A stretch of DNA of 24,000 nucleotides, taken from assembly GCA_051013385.1 (NCBI GenBank), contig CP143274.1, positions 27,157 through 51,156 of the forward strand. The letters are read 5' to 3'. The translations under genes were made by a program, and so were the position numbers. Positions within the stretch are counted from its first letter, which is position 1. Each line of letters opens with the position of its first letter. The notes beneath the pieces were generated by a model that did not search any database, was not told where the DNA came from, and was given only the letters and a program-made list of their open reading frames with translations. The stretch is from Phormidium sp. (GTDB taxonomy: Bacteria; Cyanobacteriota; Cyanobacteriia; Cyanobacteriales; Aerosakkonemataceae). Shown in pieces: positions 17,574-24,000 of this stretch.

Positions 17574-17607
17574 GAGCCGGGTGCGGTGAAAGTCGCACGC
17601 CCGGAGC
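17574..17607 (+). ncRNA. Group II intron domain V-like hairpin
   Basis: GAGCCGGGUGCGGUGAAAGUCGCACGCCCGGAGC has the AGC triad, a GAAA tetraloop and a 2-nt AC bulge in the canonical places. In my hand fold, two basal pairs (A2/G33 and G3/A32) are non-Watson-Crick. Confidence 0.7.
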
Positions 17608-17650
17608 TAAATGAGAGGGGCGAGGAATAATACCCTCCCTCGACTCAACC

Positions 17651-17789
17651 TAAAGTCAATGCCGCGTAGGTTTAGATTGCTAAAGTCTGCTCCGCAAAGT
17701 TCGGGTTTAATTTCAGGATTGTTTAACCGCCACTCATTCCAAACCTCTATCCCCTGCTTGAGCAGAGCGAGATGTTTCTCATTGATCAT
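17651..17789 (-). pseudogene. 5' segment (46 codons plus 1 nt) of the pentapeptide-repeat gene, cut off by the intron
   Basis: ATG 17789 gives MINEKHLALLKQGIEVWNEWRLNNPEIKPELCGADFSNLNLRGIDF, a typical N-terminus of cyanobacterial pentapeptide proteins. The rest of the listed ORF (RLSRGRVLFLAPLI) is read-through into antisense intron sequence. Confidence 0.75.
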
Positions 17790-17835
17790 CTTATTGCACC
17801 AAAACTTAAGTTTGTTTCGTCTACAAATAAGATGA

Positions 17836-18010
17836 TTACTTGCCTTCTTTCCAACCTTCTAAACTTGCTATAAGGATATTAACTAAAGGATGGTTAATCA
17901 ACTCTTTAAAAGCTTCAATACTCCCTGCTTTTAGCGCTCTAACTACTCGCGCCTTGAGAGATGGATTACTCTCAATTTGCTCGATCGCTTCCGTTACAAC
18001 TGTCTGTTTC
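17836..18010 (-). pseudogene. 3' segment of the IS-split gene (C-terminal helical tail)
   Basis: The minus-strand translation from 18003 is TVVTEAIEQIESNPSLKARVVRALKAGSIEAFKELINHPLVNILIASLEGWKEGK*, with the stop at 17836-17838. It continues ...NTQEEKQT from 19341 in frame once the IS and one target-duplication copy are removed. Confidence 0.75.
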
Positions 18011-19340
18011 TTCAGGGGGCGACAACGAAGCTAGAGAGGTTGCTGGATCAGGGTTATAGCTCTCACACCTCGTTGATAAAATGATTTTTTATTGGGCGTA
18101 TAATTAAGCATTTCTTCTACCCATAACTGGCAGGAGTAAAAAGCGATTAGCCAATTTTCTCCATAAAGACCAATCCAAAAGTTGCTATGTCTCCTTCTAG
18201 TTCTACCGGGTTCTGTGAGACGACAGACATATTTTTGTTGCCCTTGTAGCTTAGTTCTTTTGCCTTGTAACCAAGCGGAAGTCATCGCCAAAGCAATTAA
18301 TAATATCAGGCTAATTAATCTATTAGGTGATGCTTGAGAAGCTTCCAGATTATAACCACCTGTTTTACAATCTTTAAACATAGCTTCGATGCCATAACGT
18401 TGACTATAAACACGAGTTGCACTTTTTAAATCCGGGAAATTAGTCAATAAATACCAAGGTTCTGATTCTTGTTTACTTTTATATCTTCTTTTCCAGGAAA
18501 CGGCTAAATTAAACCGATTAAAACCCTTCTTTTGCGTGAAACTAATATGCTCGTAGAATAAATGAATACCTGGTTGAATCGGGATACTGCTTAAAGGTTG
18601 GAATTTCTGTCTATAGGAGCGAAAAGTTGTGGTGCATTTTTGTCGAAGTACGAAGCCAAGATGCTGACGGTGCAGCCATTGCGCCAGTTCTATACTCTGA
18701 AACTCTCTATCCCCAATAATCACTAATTTATATTTACTTAATAATCGGATTACTGGACGTAATACTTGTTTTTGTTCAATTAAATTACAGGCTCCTTTTT
18801 TATCTAACAACATCCAAAATATGGGAAAAGCTCTTTTTTGATGAATCGCACTTACCATTAAAACATTATTTTTTTTCCATTGGGTTCTATCTAAAGCGAT
18901 AATTAGTTGACTCCCTGGTTTGATTTGACGAGATATCACTTCTTTAATAATCGGAAACCACAGCGCCAATACGCTTAATTTACTTAGGGCTAAAAATCGT
19001 TGAATATGACGACGGCGACTATTTTCTAGGATTGGTAATGGCAGGGTTGCTGCCAGTCTTTCTATCCTTACCTGCTTTTGAGATTGCAACAACCATACCA
19101 GCATCTTCAAGGTGATTAACTGTGCTGGCTTCAGATATCTTTCCAGATATTTTTGATAAAATGATGGCATCATTTTGAATGGGTCTTGTGAAATTAACTA
19201 GACCTTTCCTTATTTATCACAATTCAGGGCTTTTTTCTCTACGAGGAGCTTGTTGTCAATAAGCAGGGAATTTCTCGACCAGGTTTGTGCCGCAAAACCC
19301 TTTCCCTATATTGGTTTGGGGGCGCTTGTCGCCCCCTGAA
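18011..19340 (-). mobile_element. IS4-family insertion sequence, 1330 bp, complete
   Basis: Perfect 15-bp terminal inverted repeats: TTCAGGGGGCGACAA (18011-18025) and TTGTCGCCCCCTGAA (19326-19340). They are flanked by the 9-bp direct duplication GTCTGTTTC (18002-18010 and 19341-19349). A single transposase ORF lies inside. Confidence 0.9.
18031..19173 (-). CDS. IS4-family DDE transposase
   Basis: 380 aa. Candidate DDE residues lie in LIIALDRTQW, LVIIGDREF and YGIEAMFKDCK. YSQRYGIEAMFKDCK fits the IS4 Y-(2)-R-(3)-E-(6)-K signature. Confidence 0.85.
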   Translation of the reverse strand: MMPSFYQKYLERYLKPAQLITLKMLVWLLQSQKQVRIERLAATLPLPILENSRRRHIQRFLALSKLSVLALWFPIIKEVISRQIKPGSQLIIALDRTQWKKNNVLMVSAIHQKRAFPIFWMLLDKKGACNLIEQKQVLRPVIRLLSKYKLVIIGDREFQSIELAQWLHRQHLGFVLRQKCTTTFRSYRQKFQPLSSIPIQPGIHLFYEHISFTQKKGFNRFNLAVSWKRRYKSKQESEPWYLLTNFPDLKSATRVYSQRYGIEAMFKDCKTGGYNLEASQASPNRLISLILLIALAMTSAWLQGKRTKLQGQQKYVCRLTEPGRTRRRHSNFWIGLYGENWLIAFYSCQLWVEEMLNYTPNKKSFYQRGVRAITLIQQPL

Positions 19341-20212
19341 GTCTGTTTCTCTTCCTGGGTATTGGTCGGATACGTTTGCTCTAGTTGTTGCAATAGCTGC
19401 TGAATTTCTGCTGCGGCTTCAACTAAGTTTTGTCTTTGTTCGGGTGCGTAGTTGTTTATGTTACCGCCTATCTGCTGCGCGTGGACTGTCTCAGCATCTA
19501 CAATCCCTCCAGCAATTTGGGCATTTTGTAGATTAAAAGTTGAGGACTTTTTTGATTCTTGTGACATCATAATCTCCTTTTCGTTTATAATTCTAGCTAT
19601 TTTATCTGCTTTGACTTCTCCTTGGTTAACCCCAACCCCTATAGAAGATTTACTTTGATCGATGTTTGTTTCACTCACGGTTGCTCCCATATTGTTACCA
19701 TAATTATTACCGTAAATATGAATAGTTACCTTAGCATTTTCATCTTCCCCTAAACCTATTTGTAATTGAGCTAGATAGTTTTCAATATAATAAATAAATG
19801 GCTTAACCACATTATGATTAAATTTATTGACTTGCTCCTTTCGGTTTCCATTAAAAAAGTTTTCTACAGAGGCAGCTAACTCCCAATAACCGAGTTCGCT
19901 TTGGTAAAATTTTTGTAATCCATACTTAAGAAGTTGATATATAAAGCTTATTTCATCTGCTGCTGATTCATCAGGAATTTTAAATCCTGGCTTTAATGAA
20001 TTGTAAGCGCATATATATGAAATATCAAATTCTTTATTAGGGTTTTTTTGAATAAAAGAACTAATTACTAAATCGTTATCAATAAAACTAATAAACCTTT
20101 TGAGATTACTCATCCCAGTATCGGGTAATGATTGCATCAGACGGTTTCCATACATCCTAAAGTCAGATGATATTTTTCTTAATTCGTTTTTACTGATTTT
20201 TAGTTCATCCAT
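19256..20212 (-). CDS. Unknown protein carrying the shared G/N/Q motif, disrupted by the IS (native sequence only to 19341)
   Basis: A ~220-aa N-terminal domain with no motif I recognise is followed by SSTFNLQNAQIAGGIVDAETVHAQQIGGNINNYAPEQRQNLVEAAAEIQQLLQQLEQTYPTNTQEEKQT. The last 27 codons (SGGDKRPQ...FPAY*) are read from the IS end. Confidence 0.7.
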   Translation of the reverse strand: MDELKISKNELRKISSDFRMYGNRLMQSLPDTGMSNLKRFISFIDNDLVISSFIQKNPNKEFDISYICAYNSLKPGFKIPDESAADEISFIYQLLKYGLQKFYQSELGYWELAASVENFFNGNRKEQVNKFNHNVVKPFIYYIENYLAQLQIGLGEDENAKVTIHIYGNNYGNNMGATVSETNIDQSKSSIGVGVNQGEVKADKIARIINEKEIMMSQESKKSSTFNLQNAQIAGGIVDAETVHAQQIGGNINNYAPEQRQNLVEAAAEIQQLLQQLEQTYPTNTQEEKQTSGGDKRPQTNIGKGFCGTNLVEKFPAY

Positions 20213-20213
20213 A

Positions 20214-20663
20214 TTACCTTACTCCACAACAGGGACAATAAATACCTATTACCTTGTTCAAGAACCTAGTCTTAGCAGTTATTTGGCAGCAATTAAGATT
20301 AACTGTCTCTAGTTCTTCCTGTTCAAATAAAATTTTCTGTACTTCCATTTTTAGGGGTTTATCAGCCTTAAACTTTACATTTTTACTTCCTTTGAAGTTT
20401 CTCTCCAATTTTTTAACCCATTCGTTAATCATTGACTTGGCATAATTATTAGCAACAGTGTGAGCTTGTTCGATAACCTCATCTCTTAAAAAATGGCTAT
20501 GTTGATGCCGTAATCCGCAGTAAGGACAAAATATTTCAATAATATCTTCTCTTTCAAAGTCTGTTACTGTCAGTTTAAATCTATCCTCACAAAAAGGACA
20601 TTGGAGCGTAACAAACCCGTCGTTATCGCTGGGGATGGTTATTTGAAAAACTACGTCAGCCAT
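20214..20663 (-). CDS. Double zinc-ribbon-like small protein, function unknown
   Basis: 149 aa with Cys pairs CPFC...CPYC (N-terminal half) and CC...CPCC (C-terminal end). Its stop is 1 nt from the ATG of the next gene, which suggests co-translation. Confidence 0.6.
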   Translation of the reverse strand: MADVVFQITIPSDNDGFVTLQCPFCEDRFKLTVTDFEREDIIEIFCPYCGLRHQHSHFLRDEVIEQAHTVANNYAKSMINEWVKKLERNFKGSKNVKFKADKPLKMEVQKILFEQEELETVNLNCCQITAKTRFLNKVIGIYCPCCGVR

Positions 20664-20761
20664 ATTTGTTACTCCGCTTCAACTTGGCACTCGCATTATG
20701 GTTCTAGGGTAATCAGGGTGCTGAAAAAGAGCAATTTAGCAGCCTATGTACAGTAGATCTA

Positions 20762-20995
20762 TTAGTGCTTGGTATCTTTTGGCGGACAAGAATCGTTGCC
20801 GTAGCTATCTTTATCCCGGATTTTTCCATCTCTTCCGTGTATTACAACCTCCGTATGCTGGTTTTTGGCAATTTCTTTGGCCTTATCAATCGCTTCCTTT
20901 TGGGTAGCACATACTTTTGTCGCTTTAGTAGCGCCTTCTGATTTAACTTGCCATCCTTCGGGATGCGGGGTAACGTGTTGTGCTTTTTTAGCCAT
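20762..20995 (-). CDS. DUF2188-like small protein
   Basis: MAKKAQHVTPHPEGWQVKSEGATKATKVCATQKEAIDKAKEIAKNQHTEVVIHGRDGKIRDKDSYGNDSCPPKD matches the pattern I recall for DUF2188 (HV.P...GW.VK.EGa.ra......eAi..A...A......e..IHgrDG.Ir..dSYGnDp.PPkD). I prefer the ATG at 20995 over 21016. Confidence 0.6.
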   Translation of the reverse strand: MAKKAQHVTPHPEGWQVKSEGATKATKVCATQKEAIDKAKEIAKNQHTEVVIHGRDGKIRDKDSYGNDSCPPKDTKH

Positions 20996-21148
20996 AACCC
21001 TTTTGTATTGGTACATTTTGAGGCTAGCACAACGTTTTATAAGGTGTACGTTATAAAGTAGGTAAAATATTAAATATTTGTTAAAATATTAGATAAATGG
21101 GTGTATGTTACTAAACGATCGAGATCGCTACTACTAAGCGCTAGCACT

Positions 21149-21643
21149 ATGGACGGCTTTACTCGTCAGGAAACCTTGGCTCTCTGCGGAACTACATCCA
21201 GTCGTCTTGCCTACTTAGACAGGACGAAAGTCGTTGTGCCTCAAAAATACGGCAATCTTAAGAAACCAACGGTGATTTACACTTGGGAGCAAGTTTTAGA
21301 GATTCGGGCGATTAGTCATCTAAGAGAAAAAATATCTCTACAGACGGTCAGAAAAATTATTCAATTCTTAAATGATAGTGGATTTGAAGAAAGCCTTAGA
21401 GATAAGCATTTGGTTGTAGTCAATGATGAAGTCTATTGGGTAATGCCTGATTGGTCTGATATGCCCCGCGTGATGAAGGTTGCTGATAAAAAAAATAAAG
21501 AAAATGGACAATTTGTATTGATTGTTATCCCCCAGCTATCATGCCTTATTAAGGACGTTTGGAATGCTGCTAAAAAGTCTAATATTGTGGACTTTGAAAG
21601 TTTTAAACAGAGAGCTAAAGCCAAACCAACTAAAGCAGCGTAA
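21149..21643 (+). CDS. Putative MerR-like HTH protein, function unknown
   Basis: From ATG 21149, MDGFTRQETLALCGTTSSRLAYLDRTKVVVPQKYGN..KPTVIYTWEQVLEIRAISHLREKISLQTVRKIIQFL follows the MerR N-terminal HTH and wing spacing. The C-terminal half is unrecognised. It is divergent from the DUF2188-like gene across an AT-rich spacer. Confidence 0.4.
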   Translation: MDGFTRQETLALCGTTSSRLAYLDRTKVVVPQKYGNLKKPTVIYTWEQVLEIRAISHLREKISLQTVRKIIQFLNDSGFEESLRDKHLVVVNDEVYWVMPDWSDMPRVMKVADKKNKENGQFVLIVIPQLSCLIKDVWNAAKKSNIVDFESFKQRAKAKPTKAA

Positions 21644-21790
21644 GTTTAATTCATGATAGGAGTATTAGGTCTTTTGGAAACTTATACCAATTTTTCACAA
21701 TTGATAGTAATAGTAATTTCTAATCGCAGCCATACTTTTATGCGGAAGAATCCGGTCGCAATGTTGAGGACGAGTTCATGTTCTTATTTG

Positions 21791-21947
21791 ATACCAAATC
21801 CGGGTTAACTATCCGCTTTATTTTTTTCTCTTCTTTGCACTCTATAGCGCTATTGCACATGGCTACCCTACGGAAAGGCTTACGCCTATCGCTAGTGTGT
21901 CCTTTGCGGTTAGTTTAAAAAGGGAGTAATCAAAGCGGATTTGGTAT
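21791..21947. mobile_element. MITE-like 157-bp element with 12-bp terminal inverted repeats
   Basis: ATACCAAATCCG (21791-21802) and CGGATTTGGTAT (21936-21947) are perfect inverted repeats. An inner atccgcttt/aaagcggat pairing extends the stem. The element has no coding capacity. Confidence 0.4.
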
Positions 21948-22011
21948 GATTAGGGTTTGAAGAACATCTTGCAGCTTATGGCAGAAGTTGTCTAATCTGG
22001 AAATGCCATAA

Positions 22012-23889
22012 TTAAAAGCATTTTAAGAAAGCGTCTATCTCAATTTCATTGAATGGTAAAAGCAATGTTGATTGGATAAAATCTCTAGTTTCACGCTTGA
22101 CATAACATGGCGATTGAAGGCAATCTAACAACAATTTATTAGCGTAGCAATATGCTCGTAACATTCCCCATTCTTGCTCGGTATCTAATTGCCAATCATA
22201 ATCAATATTGCGATATTTACGATTCAAGCCTTTAAGCTTATCACCCCAAGCACCACTATCATGCTTATACCAATGGTAATTTTCATCCCAATGATCGTAA
22301 ACCCCTTCTGGCAATTCTTCATCTAGGTTGATAAGTTCTTTCTGAAAATCTTGATTATCAGTCAATGCTATGGCTGAATATAACGCATCAGATAAGGTGT
22401 AAAAATTAGTATCGTCAATCGGATGCTTGTTATACATTTCATCAATTTCATAATCCTCATCTCCTTCATAAAGGCTAATAGATGTAAATTCCTCATTTTG
22501 AGGATTCTTGTTAGCAATGCGATTTAACAAAGATGCTTGAGCGCGAGCATGAGCCAAATTAAGGTCTAAAGCTAGATTTGGATCGTCAAGAGAAGCACGG
22601 AAATTTCCCATACCAAATCCTGAAGCACATCCTTCATAAAAACTTAACTGAATATGGGAATCTAAAGATTGTAATAGATCGCTCATCTCTAAAAATTCCC
22701 AAGTTGAATCGAGAGGAGAGTTTGTATTATCTAATATGTAGATACCCACAGCTAAACAAATGTAAAATGCTCTAATTGCATTAGGCTGATGAGAGCTAGA
22801 TATTTGACGAGACTTTTGACTAGCCCAAGTTAACAATTCTTGAATGGTTCTATTCTGTGCGGCGGCTAGATCGATTTGATATTTCATTGATAGCAAAAGC
22901 ACATCAGCACTTCTTAGCATCTCAGTAGTTAGCAAGAAAACTTCACGCCATTGTTTATAAAAAGCGTATTGGATTAAATTATTCAGAGCCGAATCGTTGA
23001 ATTCATTTGGATTAGCTTTTGATACAATCTCTTTGGCAGCGAAATACTCGTGAAAGGTTAAATGAGAAAATGAATAAACTTCTCTAGCTCGTTCTACTAA
23101 TAACCCATGCTGTGCCTCAATAGATTTTAATACAGCTTCGCTATCTAGCAATAAAGCTTCTGGAACTTGAGAAGATTCTGTCAAGTTCTTAATATAAGAA
23201 GCAATATATTCCTGCACATCCTGTTGTTTCCAAAAATGTTCCCCCTTCTCAAAAGTTGTTAAAGCTAAATAACTAAGTAAATCTTCTTTGCGCGGTACAG
23301 AGAGATGTTTATAAGCGTTATCACGTTCAATAATACGAGTAGCATCCCATTTCCTTAGAAGTGTATGAGTTGCCCTTTTGTATAACTCAGCACGACTATT
23401 AGGAAAGTCTCCAGCATCTTCAAATTCAATACATAACAAAGTTAACAGTAGTGGGTTATTAGCAAGTTCCTCGATTGATTTGTTCTTTTGGAGGTGTTCC
23501 ATAAACCGTTGGTCAGAATTACAGATATTATTTTTATATGAAAACCACTTACTGACAAAGGTTTGGATTTGTTCTCGATCAAAATCAGCAACTTCTACAT
23601 CTGTAAAATGCTCAAATGTATATTCCTTAGCTGCGATTCGGCAAGTCAGAATAAATTTGTTATTAGGAAACCTTTGAGAAATATCACGGATTTCTTTTAA
23701 GACGTGGCGATCGTATTCTTGCCGAACCTCATCCAATCCATCAAGCAATAATAGTATTCGTCCTAGCTCAAATAACCGAACTATTTGGTTATTGTCAATG
23801 TGGTTATTAGATAATTCCTTACCAATGTAATCGAGTAAACCTACAGCGCTTTGCGCTGTTATGAGGTACGATAAAATATCATTTTGTAG
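22012..23889 (-). pseudogene. Second NACHT-family NTPase, 5'-truncated (Walker A region missing)
   Basis: The minus frame is open from 23889: ...LLDYIGKELSNNHIDNNQIVRLFELGRILLLLDGLDEVRQEY (Walker B), then FILTCRIAAKEY and NNPLLLTLLCIEF. No GxxGxGK(S/T) lies upstream. Instead an oppositely oriented IS630-like transposase gene starts at 23899. Confidence 0.75.
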
Positions 23890-23898
23890 TCAGAGCTA

Positions 23899-24000
23899 AT
23901 GAAAGCATATTCAGTGGAGTTCCGCAAAAGAATAGTGATGGCGCATTTGGTAGAAAAAATATCAATCAGGAAAGTGGCCACCAAATTCGCTGTCAGTAAA
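23899..24000 (+). CDS. IS630/Tc1-mariner-family transposase, N-terminal HTH part (runs off the window)
   Basis: MKAYSVEFRKRIVMAHLVEKISIRKVATKFAVSK resembles the N-terminal HTH of IS630-family transposases (MKAYS.D.R.KI......G.S.R..A..F.VS). The IS end between ~23860 and 23898 could not be placed. Confidence 0.5.
   Translation, partial: MKAYSVEFRKRIVMAHLVEKISIRKVATKFAVSK

Larger units (their letters stand above)
15514..17650 (+). mobile_element. Group II intron (about 2.1 kb) with an RT/maturase/HNH ORF in domain IV
   Basis: The 5' GTGCG consensus is at 15514-15518. The IEP ORF is 16062..17564. A domain V-like 34-mer lies at 17574-17607. A domain VI-like stem follows, with a bulged A (17643) 7 nt before the proposed 3' end. 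Removing 15514-17650 rejoins the flanking minus-strand pentapeptide ORF in frame. The 3' boundary is uncertain by a few nt because it ends ..CAACC rather than the usual AY. Confidence 0.8.

Noticed and set aside
17607-18034. ORFs 17611..17835 (+), 17840..18034 (+) and the RLSRGRVLFLAPLI tail of 17607..17789 (-)
   Set aside because: They are antisense to, or read through from, real gene fragments (intron 3' end, pentapeptide 5' exon, tail of the IS-split gene). They are explained by the intron and IS boundaries.
20842-21056. ORFs 20842..21030 (-) and 20865..21056 (+)
   Set aside because: They overlap the DUF2188-like gene in other frames. They are Lys/Arg-rich or Cys-rich artefactual translations.
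21063-21091. AT-rich dyad AATATTT-GTTA-AAATATT (21073-21090) and direct repeat TAAAATATTA x2 in the divergent spacer, as a possible operator for the MerR-like protein
   Set aside because: The spacer is so AT-rich that such short symmetries arise by chance. There is no second line of evidence.

Overview
The window is almost certainly from a filamentous cyanobacterium. HIP1 octamers (GCGATCGC) occur at 2005, 2388, 6682, 11096 and 11259, there is a heptamer STRR-like repeat, and the gene content includes pentapeptide-repeat and NACHT proteins. It splits into two parts. (1) Bases 1-11494, + strand, hold a heavy-metal (copper-type) resistance island. It contains a DUF305/CopM-like protein, an RND adaptor, a CusA/CzcA-type RND pump broken by a 5-bp tandem duplication, two lipoproteins, and a C-terminal relic of a P1B-ATPase. 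It also contains an unlisted 52-aa secreted Cys/Met-rich peptide, two paralogous secreted proteins, and an OmpR-type response regulator with its histidine kinase. Four TTTCAT-N5-TTTCAT-type direct-repeat boxes sit in front of the peptide gene, both paralogs and the regulator operon. (2) Bases 11773-24000, mostly - strand, hold an NLR-like accessory or conflict locus heavily hit by mobile elements. A co-directional run encodes a double zinc-ribbon protein, an unknown protein, a pentapeptide-repeat protein and a NACHT NTPase with a polytopic membrane C-terminus. The last three share a ~32-aa Gly/Asn/Gln-rich motif. That motif is the C-terminus of the pentapeptide protein and the N-terminus of the adjacent NACHT protein, a layout reminiscent of NLR-associated amyloid-like signalling pairs. 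This is my top candidate for an undescribed system. The locus is interrupted by a group II intron inserted antisense, an IS4-family element with 9-bp target duplication, an IS630-like element truncating a second NACHT gene, and a MITE-like element. No rRNA, tRNA or CRISPR array was seen. All family names come from reading the translations and recall, not from database searches.
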